A stretch of 64,000 nucleotides of DNA from a virus (IMGVR_UViG_3300019886_000067:1-64000); one strand, 5' to 3'; positions 9,403-19,678 are shown, counted from the first letter of the stretch. The notes: generated by a model not told the origin, from the sequence alone. Numbers and translations are program-made.

Positions 9403-10337
9403 GCCAACTAAATGACTTCATGCGACTGTTCTGCGGCCGTACAGACGCCTACGGCACAGGCAAGGGCCAGTGGATCAAGAAAGAGCCCACAGCGGCCGTC
9501 TACACTGAGCATCTTGCGGGCAAAGGCTACGGGCTCGGCATCGCGCCGTTGCTTGATGACGCCACGGTTCACTTCGCTGCCATCGACCTTGATGAGCCCG
9601 ACTTTGACGCTGCGCGTGAAATGCAGGAGTTCCTTAGCTTCGGCACGACTTGGGTTGAGGAAAGTCGCTCGGGTAACGCACACGTCTGGGCGTTCTTTGA
9701 GAAGCCTATTGAGGCGTGGATTACGCGCGGTGTGATGCGCGAAGCTACGGCCGCCATTGGTAAGCCCACAGTCGAGGTATTTCCGAAGCAAGATCGTTTG
9801 CTTGAGGGAATGGTGGGCAATTACATCAACCTGCCTTACCACGGCGACAAACGGCCGATGCTAACTCGCTCTGGCGACAATCCTTACAGCTTGCGTGGAT
9901 TCCTTAGCGCAGCTTTGGAGAAACTAAACTCGCCGGCCGATTGGCGTAAGCGCGCTGATTGGTTGATGGTCACGCCACCGGATCAGCGGAAGACAGAACG
10001 TCAAGATTTCGGCACAGGTAAAGAACTTCATATGTGTGCGGAGTGGATCATCGCTAATCGTGATGAGTGCCCAATAGCTGAAGGGCATCGTAACGTGGTG
10101 TACTTCAATCTGGCGAAGATGCTCAGCCACTACGAGGGATTCGACCATGAGGAGGCGTGGGATTTGCTCTGCATGGTCAGGGATAGCTCAGACGCCCAAG
10201 GGGTGGATCACGTTGCAAACACTGAGCTTCGAAGGATTTTGCGCAACGCAGAGCGCGGTGGATTTACGAGTACCGGCTGTGACGACCCACTCATGCAGCC
10301 GTACGTCCATCCCGACTGTCCTATAGCTCATGGGTAA
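9399..10337 (+). CDS. AEP-superfamily primase(-polymerase) with PriCT-like, Cys-containing C-terminus
   Basis: AAIDLD, SRSGNAHVW, EVFPKQD..GNYINLPY motifs. Confidence 0.85.
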   Translation: MSQLNDFMRLFCGRTDAYGTGKGQWIKKEPTAAVYTEHLAGKGYGLGIAPLLDDATVHFAAIDLDEPDFDAAREMQEFLSFGTTWVEESRSGNAHVWAFFEKPIEAWITRGVMREATAAIGKPTVEVFPKQDRLLEGMVGNYINLPYHGDKRPMLTRSGDNPYSLRGFLSAALEKLNSPADWRKRADWLMVTPPDQRKTERQDFGTGKELHMCAEWIIANRDECPIAEGHRNVVYFNLAKMLSHYEGFDHEEAWDLLCMVRDSSDAQGVDHVANTELRRILRNAERGGFTSTGCDDPLMQPYVHPDCPIAHG

Positions 10338-10460
10338 GACTTTCCTTGCTATGGCTGTTATAGGATTCGTCGGCCTTGGCATTGTTGAGGCATGTGAAGG
10401 CGACTACAAGAAGGGCATATCTTCGCTGCTGTTGGCAATAGTAAATGGAGCGCTGCTTTC

Positions 10461-10904
10461 TTGATAGTGCAGGATAAGCCTCTGGGCGGCTTGCGTGGAT
10501 TGCCGCGTCCTCTCTGCAACCAAGCAGAGACGATGCGGCCGGTTCCGTGGAGCCAAGGGGCATCCTGGGGGAGTGCAGACGCTCATCGTAAACAGATAGC
10601 AATTGTCCAGAGCAGGTGTCTCGTGTGTGGTGAAATTGTGCGCGAGGGAGTTGTTTTCGTGCGTACACAAAAGAGTGATAAGGCTAAACCAGGCCATCCG
10701 CCAGTCAAGGATTCATACGACATTAACGACTTGCAACATGAAAATGTGGTTGTCGAAGGTGCCCTCCATGAGAAGTGTGCTACATTGACGCGCGCTCATT
10801 GCAAGCCTATTCAAGAAAGATTGCGTGACGGAATTTATGCCCAACGGCCGTATGAGCGGAAACGCTATAAGCCCGGCACGAAGCTAAGGATTGAGTATCA
10901 ATGA
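10461..10904 (+). CDS. Hypothetical Cys/His (Zn-binding?) protein
   Basis: CLVCG...LHEKCA..AHC. Confidence 0.65.
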   Translation: MIVQDKPLGGLRGLPRPLCNQAETMRPVPWSQGASWGSADAHRKQIAIVQSRCLVCGEIVREGVVFVRTQKSDKAKPGHPPVKDSYDINDLQHENVVVEGALHEKCATLTRAHCKPIQERLRDGIYAQRPYERKRYKPGTKLRIEYQ

Positions 10905-12079
10905 CTGAGAGCATCGTAGATCAGTTCGCGGCGCTCCTAGCCGCCGAGCCTAACGACGCTAAGCGTGCGCAGATAATCCAGCGCGCCAAGATGCTCGCCA
11001 TGAACACGGCTAAGGTCGAGGTTTTCGAGCCTCCGATTATGTCGCTAGGTGAGTACCTTGACACGCCCATCGAGATACCCCCCGCGCTTGTCGGCCCGAC
11101 CATCGTAGTCCGAGGCGAGCTAACCGCAACTCTCGGCCGCGCTGGCTACGGCAAGACGACGATGAACCTCAACAGGATTCTTCGGTGGGCAGCCGGCAAG
11201 CCTCTCTTCGACACCTTCACGGACGCAGACGGTGGCGCATATCTCAAGCCAGACCATCCTCTCCGCATTCTCATCATCGAGAACGAGGGCAGCGCCGGCA
11301 TGTTTCATCACAAGATGGGCGTCATGGTCAATAACTGCGGCCCGATTCTCGATGATGAGGACCGTGACCTTATTCGTGAGAACGTGCTCGTGTGGGGCGA
11401 CGGTGGATACTCTGGATTGAAGCTGGACGATCCCACCATGCTCGGCAAGGTGCGCGCCGGCTGTGAGAAGTTCGAGCCTGAGATTGTCTTTATCGAGCCC
11501 TTCCGTTCGCTGTGGAAAGGCGAGGAGAATTCGTCTACTGATATGGCGAATATGGTAGACAACCTAGTTGCCTTGGCTACAGACTACGGCGCAGGGATCA
11601 TCCTCAGCCACCATGAGCGCAAGAGCGGTGCAGGCGAGGACGGCGAGCTTATGTCAGCCGGCCGTGGTTCTACGGTGCTTGAGGGCGTCGTAGCGCTGAT
11701 GGAGAATTTTCAGAAGGCCAAGGGTGGCGACTTCCGTGAAATCACATGGTCAAAGGCGCGCTACTTGCAGCCGCCGCCGCCCACGCGCATGAAGTACGAG
11801 CCTGCAAATCATTGGTACAATCACGTACCGCTCGATGAAATCGAGAACAGCATCTTGGTCGCTCTAGGTGATAATTCCGAAGAGCCCATGACTGCAACAA
11901 CGCTTGCCGAAGAGCTTAGTGAGAAGAAGACAAAGTTGTATCCAGTTCTCACTAGGCTTGCCAGTGAGGGTAGATTGCGTAAGCTGCCGTCTGTGAGTAA
12001 CGGCGAAGGATCAACAGGGCCACGATACAGGTTGCCCACAGGTGACAACGAGACAGAACACGGAGGACTAGCACTGTGA
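10901..12079 (+). CDS. RepA/AAA_25 RecA-like replicative helicase with C-terminal wHTH
   Basis: Walker A GRAGYGKT, IIENE, VFIEP, HHERK, GRGS. Confidence 0.88.
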   Translation: MTESIVDQFAALLAAEPNDAKRAQIIQRAKMLAMNTAKVEVFEPPIMSLGEYLDTPIEIPPALVGPTIVVRGELTATLGRAGYGKTTMNLNRILRWAAGKPLFDTFTDADGGAYLKPDHPLRILIIENEGSAGMFHHKMGVMVNNCGPILDDEDRDLIRENVLVWGDGGYSGLKLDDPTMLGKVRAGCEKFEPEIVFIEPFRSLWKGEENSSTDMANMVDNLVALATDYGAGIILSHHERKSGAGEDGELMSAGRGSTVLEGVVALMENFQKAKGGDFREITWSKARYLQPPPPTRMKYEPANHWYNHVPLDEIENSILVALGDNSEEPMTATTLAEELSEKKTKLYPVLTRLASEGRLRKLPSVSNGEGSTGPRYRLPTGDNETEHGGLAL

Positions 12080-12693
12080 GCGATTCAGATACATTGTTCA
12101 ATGACCTTGTGAGAGGCGTTGTGTATGGTGACGGAGATCGGCAGTGGCCTACGGCTGCAATGCACTTGCTTGAGCTAGTGCAGACAATCTCCAAGTCCGG
12201 CGACCCCAGCGAGCCTTTCTTTTACTTGGGTGGTCCCATGACTGGAATCCCACAGTTCAACTTTCCTCACTTCGATCACGTCGCTGGGGTGCTGCGGGAG
12301 CGTGGCTACAACATCATTTCACCAGCCGAGCTTGATGAGCCAGAGACGCGTGACGCGGCGCTAGCGTCCTCAGATGGTGCGCCAGGATCAGGCGCAGCGA
12401 ACGACGAGCCCTACGAGTCTTTCCTTGCACGAGACCTAATCATCGTGTCGATGCCTGCGTGCATCGGTGGTATCTTTATCAACGGCTGGCAGCACTCGCG
12501 CGGTGCTCGTGGTGAGAGTTGGGTTCTACAATTCCTGAACAAGGATTTGTATGAGTACGACGAGTTTGACGGCAGCCCCGTGTTGACCGCAATCTCACAC
12601 AGAGACGACCGCTTGACAGAGCTTGGTGTGGACGCACAGGGCGTCCCGCTTGATCTGCCGGGCGTTAAGACAGCGGAGGCTTACCGTGGCTAA
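12076..12693 (+). CDS. DUF4406 / nucleoside deoxyribosyltransferase-like protein
   Basis: YLGGPMTGIPQFNFPHF..SPAE..GWQHSRGARGE. Confidence 0.85.
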   Translation: MSDSDTLFNDLVRGVVYGDGDRQWPTAAMHLLELVQTISKSGDPSEPFFYLGGPMTGIPQFNFPHFDHVAGVLRERGYNIISPAELDEPETRDAALASSDGAPGSGAANDEPYESFLARDLIIVSMPACIGGIFINGWQHSRGARGESWVLQFLNKDLYEYDEFDGSPVLTAISHRDDRLTELGVDAQGVPLDLPGVKTAEAYRG

Positions 12694-13198
12694 TCTTGGA
12701 TTCGTAGATATCGAGACGACAGGGCTTGACCCGGACAAGCATCAGGTTCTTGAGGTTGCAATACTGACAGAGCCGTTTGGGGATCAGGTCCACATTAGCC
12801 TCCCTATCAACCCTGGGAATGCCTCTGAGCAGGCACTAGAGACCAACGGCTACTACGCGCGGCGGAATGAGTTGCTTGAGATACAGCACACGCGAGAAGA
12901 GGCAGCCGAAATAGTACGTGACGCCCTTCAAGGTCACGTATTCATTGCAAACAATCCGTCATTCGATGCGGCTTTCTTGTCACGGCTACTGAGGGACTTC
13001 GGATACGGGCCTTCCTGGCACTACCACTTGGTAGACATCAAGTCTCTGGTGGCAGGTTACTTCGGCGTAGCCCCACCGTGGAACACAGCAAAGATAGCCG
13101 AGCTAGCCAACGTACCGCTGCCGGCCGACGCGCACACAGCGCTGGCGGACGCACAGTGGAACTTGGCGGTATACAAGTCTCTTGGGTTGGAGGGCTAA
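12686..13198 (+). CDS. DEDDh 3'-5' exonuclease (DnaQ/oligoribonuclease/RNase T superfamily)
   Basis: DIETTGL, NPSFD, HTALADA. Confidence 0.9.
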   Translation: MANLGFVDIETTGLDPDKHQVLEVAILTEPFGDQVHISLPINPGNASEQALETNGYYARRNELLEIQHTREEAAEIVRDALQGHVFIANNPSFDAAFLSRLLRDFGYGPSWHYHLVDIKSLVAGYFGVAPPWNTAKIAELANVPLPADAHTALADAQWNLAVYKSLGLEG

Positions 13199-13199
13199 G

Positions 13200-13580
13200 T
13201 TGCCTTATCTAACTGACCAGCGTAAGTTTGACATCGACAACGATCCTAAGCACCCGCTGGTGGGTGCTGGTGACTTGACGTACGTGTTCACACGCACTGC
13301 ACTCGATACTCCCGATGGAGAATTCTCGGACGCTCTACTGGACGCAATTAAGCGCTACATGCCACGACAGCCGCGCTACGAAAATTACGCGATTGTGCTA
13401 GGATGCTTGGACAGCACAAGGAGAGAGCTTCGCCGCAGGGAAGATTCTCAGACCACGGCTCGCAAGAACCGAATCAATCATGCCTGGTACAGGCTGACGC
13501 TGTTCTCGGAAAGCTATTACAAGAACGTAATTGCTCCGTACGAGAATGAGAAGATCAAGCAGAACGGAGACGTGTTCTAG
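13200..13580 (+). CDS. Conserved phage nucleotide-metabolism-region protein
   Basis: MPY..GDLTY..ELRRR..PYENEKIKQNGDV motif. Confidence 0.75.
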   Translation: MPYLTDQRKFDIDNDPKHPLVGAGDLTYVFTRTALDTPDGEFSDALLDAIKRYMPRQPRYENYAIVLGCLDSTRRELRRREDSQTTARKNRINHAWYRLTLFSESYYKNVIAPYENEKIKQNGDVF

Positions 13581-13780
13581 TGGACGACGATCTTGTAGAG
13601 GTTTGGTTCGACGGATCAATCAAGCTCCCCCGATTTAACATACGTCTTGCTCAGGGAGATTTCACTCAAGCCGTGCAGAATGAGCTTGGTTCCAGCGGCG
13701 CTGTAATTGAGAGCGCTCAGGACGAAAACGATTGCTACACACTTGAGCAGCACGAAGCAGATGAGGAGAATAAAGGTTGA
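13580..13780 (+). CDS. Hypothetical protein
   Basis: Coupled ORF. Confidence 0.6.
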   Translation: MDDDLVEVWFDGSIKLPRFNIRLAQGDFTQAVQNELGSSGAVIESAQDENDCYTLEQHEADEENKG

Positions 13781-14382
13781 GACTAATCGGAATTAATGGC
13801 TACAAGACGGCTGGCAAGGATTCAACATTCCAAGCGGTGCAGGCACGTGTCAGTGACCGCTTGAATGTTCAGCGGGCCGGATTCGCTGACAAGCTCAAGA
13901 TCATGGCGGCGAAGGCTATTGGTTACGATGCTCCCGACGAGGATTTGATCGCATGGATGGACGAGGCTAAGCAGTGCTGGGAGTTCAACGTCATCAGGAA
14001 ACCAGAGTGTGAGACAATTTCACAGTTCAGCGGCCGGCAGTACCTTCAATGGTTTGGTGGTCACGCGCGCACGGTCTTCGGTGATTCTTTTTGGGTAGAT
14101 CAAGTTCTACCTAAACCAATAGGCGATCCAATAGGTAACTCTCTTGCACTAAAGCGTCGCTACCCAGGCATTGATATTCTCTGTGTGACAGACGTGCGCT
14201 ATCCGAACGAGGCTCACCGCGTACTTGACCTTGGAGGCGAGGTATGGGTTGTCGAGCGTCCGGGCCTAGAGAGCGACGGCCATTCTTCCGAGGAGCCGCT
14301 GCCGGCCGAGCTTGTCAACTTCACAATTCCAAATGACGGCACGCTTTTGGAGTTGGAGGAAAGAGTGGCTGCTTTCGTATGA
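13777..14382 (+). CDS. Deoxynucleoside monophosphate kinase
   Basis: GINGYKTAGKDS, FADKLK, RQYLQWFG, TDVRYPNE, HSSE. Confidence 0.92.
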   Translation: MRLIGINGYKTAGKDSTFQAVQARVSDRLNVQRAGFADKLKIMAAKAIGYDAPDEDLIAWMDEAKQCWEFNVIRKPECETISQFSGRQYLQWFGGHARTVFGDSFWVDQVLPKPIGDPIGNSLALKRRYPGIDILCVTDVRYPNEAHRVLDLGGEVWVVERPGLESDGHSSEEPLPAELVNFTIPNDGTLLELEERVAAFV

Positions 14383-15014
14383 GGGTCTATACACGGGTAA
14401 AGCCCGATGTCGATAGAGTTCTTGACGCCGAACTACTATGTACGGTGTGCGATGAATGGCAGCCCAAGGATGAGTTCTACACAAGGAAAGGCGGCGGTAG
14501 GACCAAAAACGCCTCTGAGAAATATAGTCATCGCTGCAAGGACTGTCAGAAACTTTATCATGGGCTGAGTGCTATAAACGGAGCGTGTCCTACAGTCACG
14601 CAGATGCGTGAGAGCCTGAACAGAGGGGCATACAGCATCGTCGCCTCGCTCAATCAAGCACGTCATCCGCAGCGCGAGATAACGCCTCTGTCTCCAGAGG
14701 AGTTGAAGCTGCGTCGTGAGCGCCAGGAAGCTAAAGAACTAGCGGCTGGCAAGCCCGACCTATGCTATCTCGTAGGTATGGAGGGTGATGATACGGCCGT
14801 GAAGATCGGACACAGCACCAATCCTCCTGCGCGTCTTGGCGAGTACCAGGCCGGCAACCCCAGGAAACTTACGGTGCTGGCGACTATAGACGGCGGTCAG
14901 CAGCGAGAGCGCGAGCTTCACCAGCGCTTCATCCGTAATCATCAGGATTGGATGGTTGGTGAGTGGTTCGCCAAGGACCCTGCAATCCTGAACGAGTTCA
15001 AAGTTACTATATGA
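14379..15014 (+). CDS. GIY-YIG (T5orf172/MUG113-like) nuclease with N-terminal Zn finger
   Basis: CTVC..CKDC; VKIGHS..RLGEYQAGNP..ERELHQRF..GEWF. Confidence 0.88.
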   Translation: MRVYTRVKPDVDRVLDAELLCTVCDEWQPKDEFYTRKGGGRTKNASEKYSHRCKDCQKLYHGLSAINGACPTVTQMRESLNRGAYSIVASLNQARHPQREITPLSPEELKLRRERQEAKELAAGKPDLCYLVGMEGDDTAVKIGHSTNPPARLGEYQAGNPRKLTVLATIDGGQQRERELHQRFIRNHQDWMVGEWFAKDPAILNEFKVTI

Positions 15015-15214
15015 ACCTCGTGATTAACTATCAATGTTGTCCTACCTGTGGTGTCGTAGTACACATATACGGAGAGGGAGAAACTGCTAGTAAGTTGGCT
15101 CAAACAGTGCATGACGTGTGGCACAAGCAGCTTGACGAGCGTATCAGGTCGGCCGCGTCTGTTGGTATGTCCGGCGACAGAGCAGCACAGATGTCACAGC
15201 CGCTAGGAGGCTAA
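15011..15214 (+). CDS. Small Zn-ribbon protein
   Basis: CPTCG..HDVWH; ATGA overlap. Confidence 0.6.
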   Translation: MNLVINYQCCPTCGVVVHIYGEGETASKLAQTVHDVWHKQLDERIRSAASVGMSGDRAAQMSQPLGG

Positions 15215-15216
15215 CC

Positions 15217-17052
15217 TTGATTGACTTTGACGTAGAGACGACCGGGCTTCAGCCCTGGTCAGGCAAACAAGAAGCCTTCATGTATCAGTTCTTCGACCCC
15301 GAGGTATCTGATACGGCCGAGGCTCTGTTCCCTGGTGTAGATGATGCACGCATTCAGTGGTGGTTTGATCGTGGCGCTAAAGTTGGCATCAGAGCTTGGA
15401 ATACTAAGTTCGACCGTGCGTTTGCGGATATCTCGCCTTACAGCATCCCTGGGGATGGCGTATGGTACGACGGTATGCTTGTGGCTCACGCCGTCAACGA
15501 GCGTCGGAGCGTCGCTCTGAAGAACGTTGCAGAGGAAATGCTAGGCGAGCAGGCCAAGGACACACAAAAGGAGGTCAAGAGTTGGCTTACCGCTGAGCGC
15601 GCCCGCCGCAAGAAGGTAGCCGCTGAGGCCGGCGAGGAGCTTGTCGAGCCGGATTACTCCACAGTGCCGCGCGAGTTGATGATTCCGTATGGGCTTGAAG
15701 ATGTGTACCTCACGAGGAACATTTCTGACAGCTACGATGGCCTGCTTGAGCAGCAACCGGATCTTCAAGGTGTGTACGACTTTGAGCGCGAGGTACTTGA
15801 CGCTCTGTACGCGATGGAGAAGCGCGGGCTGCCGGCAGATGAGCTTGGCTATCGCAAGCTAGAGGTAGAGGTAATCAACAAACTGGACGCCCTTGAGGAG
15901 AACGTTCAGCGCCTCGCCGGCTCAGAGGACTTCAACCCAAAGTCGTCTGCTCAGGTCATCAAAGCGCTCGAAGATCGTGGCGCAGATATGTCCTACATGG
16001 CAACGTCAGATGGCGTGGTGAAGTCGGCGGACAAAGAGAACCTAGAAGCCGTCGATGACGAGCTTGCTACGGCCATCTTGGAGTTCCGCGCTGAGTTCAA
16101 GACATTGAGCACATACGTCCGACCGTACATCGGCAGGCACTATGACTCTGGCCTGCGCATGTGGTTCGAGCCGTTCGTCGGACCAGACGGCCGTATCCAC
16201 GCCAACTACCGCCAGGTAGGTGCGCGCACAGGCCGTATGTCCTGCTCTGCGCCGAACATGCAGAACCAGCCACGAGACGATCTACGGCTGCGCTACAACG
16301 TGTGTGCAGAAGAGGGCTACAAGCTTGTAGCGTGCGATCTGAGCAACATTGAGATGCGGTTGTTCGCTGCCTACGCGGGCGAAGGCCGGATGCTTGATGC
16401 TGTGCGGGAAGGCGCAGACCTTCACGTCCAGACTGCCGAGTTCATCGGGATCAAGGACCGCAAGCGTGCCGGCGGCGCAGTCGAGAGCGCCCGTCAGCGC
16501 GGAAAGACGTTCAACTTCTCCATTGTCTACGGCGGCGGCTTGCGTACGATCAAGCGTCAGCAGCGCGTAGACCAGGCAGAAGCGCGTCTCATGCGCCGTC
16601 GCTACTACGATGCTTACCCCGAGGTTGAAAAGCTACAGCAGCGTGTAGAATTTCGACTGCAAGACCAGGGGTACATCAAGGATATGTGGGGTCGTCGCTA
16701 CCGCTGTGACAACCCACGCAAGGAAGCGTACAAGTTCGTCAACTATCTGATTCAGGGAACAGCCGCGCAGGTGCTAAAGGACGCGGTTGTAAGTCTACAC
16801 AAGGACGGTGTTCCTGTGGTGGCTTTGGTTCACGATGAGGTCGTGGCCCATGTACCTGAGAAAGACGCTGAGGAAGTAAAGCAGCTAATCATCAAGCGTC
16901 TGACTGAGCAAGCGCAACCAGGAGGGAAGCTATGGGTAGGGGACAAAGCAATAGTGCCGCTTGACGCCGAGGGTGACATCGTTGACCGTTGGTCTGACGC
17001 TAAGCCAATGAAAGACGGCAAACTGTTCGTCCCGAATTGGGCACAGGCATGA
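15217..17052 (+). CDS. polA: Family A DNA polymerase with 3'-5' exonuclease
   Basis: DVETTG, RTGRMSC..PNMQN, DLSNIEMR, RQRGKTFNFSIVYG, NYLIQGTAA, VHDE. Confidence 0.97.
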   Translation: MIDFDVETTGLQPWSGKQEAFMYQFFDPEVSDTAEALFPGVDDARIQWWFDRGAKVGIRAWNTKFDRAFADISPYSIPGDGVWYDGMLVAHAVNERRSVALKNVAEEMLGEQAKDTQKEVKSWLTAERARRKKVAAEAGEELVEPDYSTVPRELMIPYGLEDVYLTRNISDSYDGLLEQQPDLQGVYDFEREVLDALYAMEKRGLPADELGYRKLEVEVINKLDALEENVQRLAGSEDFNPKSSAQVIKALEDRGADMSYMATSDGVVKSADKENLEAVDDELATAILEFRAEFKTLSTYVRPYIGRHYDSGLRMWFEPFVGPDGRIHANYRQVGARTGRMSCSAPNMQNQPRDDLRLRYNVCAEEGYKLVACDLSNIEMRLFAAYAGEGRMLDAVREGADLHVQTAEFIGIKDRKRAGGAVESARQRGKTFNFSIVYGGGLRTIKRQQRVDQAEARLMRRRYYDAYPEVEKLQQRVEFRLQDQGYIKDMWGRRYRCDNPRKEAYKFVNYLIQGTAAQVLKDAVVSLHKDGVPVVALVHDEVVAHVPEKDAEEVKQLIIKRLTEQAQPGGKLWVGDKAIVPLDAEGDIVDRWSDAKPMKDGKLFVPNWAQA

Positions 17053-17357
17053 CGGTAAACGGAGACACGATCAAGGCCCTTGAGAGCGTCTACGCTGAGC
17101 GCCAGCGTCAAGACGCTAAGTGGGGCTCACAGCGGGAGTTGCCTGATCCTGTCTGGCTTGCGATCCTCACAGAGGAGGTAGGTGAGTCAGCGCAAGAGGT
17201 ACTGACTCGCATACCAGGCAACGAGGAGGCCGGCAAAGGCCACGGCGACTTGCGCGAAGAGCTTGTGCAAGTCGCCGCCGTGGCTGTTGCTTGGGTTGAG
17301 GCTCTTGACATCAAAGACAGAGAAGATACGTTGGTGCTATGCGCGACATCCTCTTGA
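17049..17357 (+). CDS. MazG-like NTP pyrophosphohydrolase
   Basis: ERQRQDAKWG, ILTEEVGE, REELVQVAAVA. Confidence 0.88.
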   Translation: MTVNGDTIKALESVYAERQRQDAKWGSQRELPDPVWLAILTEEVGESAQEVLTRIPGNEEAGKGHGDLREELVQVAAVAVAWVEALDIKDREDTLVLCATSS

Positions 17358-17755
17358 GCAACGATGTACCTTTGACAGAGAAAGATGTTGAAGACATCTT
17401 TGCTAAGTGGGTGAAGCGTCTACGCCTGCGGCATTGGCAGTTTGATCTTTGCTTTGACCAACAACCAAATAAAGAGAGCCAAGAGGCCGAAATAATCATG
17501 CCGGCCGACTATGACTACGGCCAGGTGCTTTTTGCTTCTAACTGGCAGGATTGGTCTAACGAACTTGTCAATGAGGTTTTGGTGCATGAGTTGATCCATG
17601 CTTGTCTGCATAAAATCCATGTTGCGGGGCTTGAAGGTAAGAACGGTTACAGTCCAGAAGCCGCTAAGCTGTATGTTCGGCGGTTCATTCACGAGATAGA
17701 GCGCGCCACGGACGCATTGACAGTAACGTTGATTCACCATCTTGGTAACGTCTGA
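17339..17755 (+). CDS. HExxH zincin-like protein
   Basis: VLVHELIH motif. Confidence 0.7.
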   Translation: MRDILLSNDVPLTEKDVEDIFAKWVKRLRLRHWQFDLCFDQQPNKESQEAEIIMPADYDYGQVLFASNWQDWSNELVNEVLVHELIHACLHKIHVAGLEGKNGYSPEAAKLYVRRFIHEIERATDALTVTLIHHLGNV

Positions 17756-17775
17756 TCTGGTACGATAGGGGTAAC

Positions 17776-17967
17776 GTGGGATATCTAGACAAACGCAGAG
17801 AGCTAAGAATTGAGCTTTATTCGCGCCGTATTGCTGAGCTTACCGAGGCAATAGAAGGCATTGATGAGGAGCTTTACGCCACAACCCTGTATGAACTTAA
17901 AGAGAGGCGCAAGCGTCTAGCTGTTAAGCGCTCAGACCTAATCAAGAAGAGAGGAACATCACTGTGA
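17776..17967 (+). CDS. Coiled-coil hypothetical protein
   Basis: ORF following a TGG-TACGAT box. Confidence 0.6.
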   Translation: MGYLDKRRELRIELYSRRIAELTEAIEGIDEELYATTLYELKERRKRLAVKRSDLIKKRGTSL

Positions 17968-18356
17968 GTTACCCAGCCGGCACCATCCTATCCCGTAAGG
18001 TTCCATTTGAGGAGCCAGAGAGTGGAGAGCCTGACCTTACTGCGTACAACGACATTCAGATCATCGGGCCGAGCCCGATTCAGACTAATGTTCGTATGGG
18101 TGAGTGGGTAGGTCAGCAAGGAGACAAGCTTTCCTTCAAGCCACTTAGCTTTGGTGAGGTTCTTGATCGTCCGCAGGGCGAGCTTGAACAGGACTACGAG
18201 GTAGTCTCCGAACCTGCAAAGGTCCGGCCGCTGACTCATACAATCGAGGTCATCGAGCCAGGTCCGAGCCCTGAGTCGATATTCCGCGCAGAGGACGCAG
18301 CCGCCGGCCTTGTCAAGTCGGAGACGCGCCAGGAGACTCCGCTTGAAGCCGTATAA
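17964..18356 (+). CDS. Hypothetical protein
   Basis: GAGG RBS, GTGA overlap. Confidence 0.75.
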   Translation: MSYPAGTILSRKVPFEEPESGEPDLTAYNDIQIIGPSPIQTNVRMGEWVGQQGDKLSFKPLSFGEVLDRPQGELEQDYEVVSEPAKVRPLTHTIEVIEPGPSPESIFRAEDAAAGLVKSETRQETPLEAV

Positions 18357-18519
18357 GACACGCGCGCAGCGCATAGAGGCAAAGCGCAAGCGTCGTCTCT
18401 ATCGTCAGCGCAACAGGACGCCAGAGCAAGAGGCAAAACGCCTCCTGCGCATGAAGAAGACGCTTGAGGCAGGCGTCGTTGCGTGTTACCCAAAGAAAGC
18501 TGAGCCAGATGCTTCGTAG
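18343..18519 (+). CDS. Small Arg/Lys-rich protein
   Basis: GGAG RBS with TTG start; MKPYKTRAQRIEAKRKRR. Confidence 0.55.
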   Translation: MKPYKTRAQRIEAKRKRRLYRQRNRTPEQEAKRLLRMKKTLEAGVVACYPKKAEPDAS

Positions 18520-18715
18520 CGCGGCTGTAGCCCAAATAGAAGAGTGGGCGGCCGAGGCTGAAAACGGCAACTACCATGATTTCTCTGCTGTGCTTAGTGC
18601 GCTAGCGGAATCTGTCAAGGAGTGCTATGGTCTCGAAGTTATGACGATCATCAAGTCTTATGATGCGTACCCTCCGAGGAACAACATAGTGGAGTTGGTG
18701 ATAGAAGATGAGTAA
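18509..18715 (+). CDS. Hypothetical protein
   Basis: Overlapping ORF in the run. Confidence 0.6.
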   Translation: MLRSAAVAQIEEWAAEAENGNYHDFSAVLSALAESVKECYGLEVMTIIKSYDAYPPRNNIVELVIEDE

Positions 18716-18998
18716 GCGCAATCGTCGTAACGCAAAGAAGCTTAAAAAGTTGCGGAAAGCGCTCCGCAAAGATACGCTGCCGGTCTACATTGACCTTGTA
18801 AGGTGGCTGATGGATCGTAAAGAGGCAAACACTGTTGGCGGCGCAAAGAAGATCATTGCCGCCGGTCGTGTGCGCTCTGAGTCTCACACGCTGGGGCTGA
18901 CTACGATCCCACTTGAGGACGGCAAAGAGCTACAGGTGCCGGCGCGGTACATTTCCGCTCGTCATCGTCACTCTATTTCCGTCGTACCCGCAATCTAA
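18708..18998 (+). CDS. Putative S4-like RNA-binding protein
   Basis: DLVRWL..ANTVGGAKKIIAAGRVR resembles the S4 motif; basic N-terminus. Confidence 0.55.
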   Translation: MSKRNRRNAKKLKKLRKALRKDTLPVYIDLVRWLMDRKEANTVGGAKKIIAAGRVRSESHTLGLTTIPLEDGKELQVPARYISARHRHSISVVPAI

Positions 18999-19013
18999 AG
19001 GAGTTGTTCGTCT

Positions 19014-19442
19014 ATCAGACTTCGTAACGCCCTAGCGGCACTCAGTCTCACACTCGCTTTTTCCACAACCCCAGGGATCACAGGAACATCAGCAGCGGAA
19101 AAGATACACTGGCATGAGGCGGGCGCGAGCATTTACGGCGGCTTCTGTGACGAAAGCCAAACCAAAGGATATCGTGGTACTTACCTCCCTGGGAATCCTT
19201 GGGGCTTTGCTGAGCTTGGTATGGGAAGCGCGATGGGTGGCCTGCCAAATGGCACGCGCGTTCGTGTCCTCAGTCCGGTCACGCACAGGCGCAAGTGGAT
19301 AACGAAGGATGACATCGGAGCCGGCGGTGATTCCGTTGAAGGGCTTCCGAGGGTGATTGATTTGTACGCTCCCGTGGCAGCATACTTGGCAGGCGCAAGT
19401 TGCTCGTGGACCGGCCGCATACTCTGGCGTCTCAAAGGCTAA
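19014..19442 (+). CDS. Secreted RlpA/DPBB(3D)-like lytic transglycosylase-type protein (ATC start)
   Basis: Signal peptide RLRNALAALSLTLAF; ASIYGG, LPNGTRVRV, DIGAGG, RVIDL motifs; AAGGAG RBS. Confidence 0.7.
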   Translation: MRLRNALAALSLTLAFSTTPGITGTSAAEKIHWHEAGASIYGGFCDESQTKGYRGTYLPGNPWGFAELGMGSAMGGLPNGTRVRVLSPVTHRRKWITKDDIGAGGDSVEGLPRVIDLYAPVAAYLAGASCSWTGRILWRLKG

Positions 19443-19459
19443 CCTGATAACCTTTAGGT

Positions 19460-19678
19460 ATGCAGACTAGCGCGAATCTACAACCTCCCGGTAAGTATTT
19501 CACTCTACAGCTTACCATCACTGATGTATCAGAGGATGACATACGGGCGGCTGTAGCCGACGACGACTGCAACGCTATCCTCGTCAAACAGCTAGGCGTG
19601 CAAGCCGAACAAGCAATCAGACGCGCGCTAAGCGCGTCGAACATCCTTGAGACAGCGCTAGGTGACTTTGATGGGTAA
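19460..19678 (+). CDS. Hypothetical protein
   Basis: TAACCT-N6-ATG leaderless arrangement. Confidence 0.6.
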   Translation: MQTSANLQPPGKYFTLQLTITDVSEDDIRAAVADDDCNAILVKQLGVQAEQAIRRALSASNILETALGDFDG

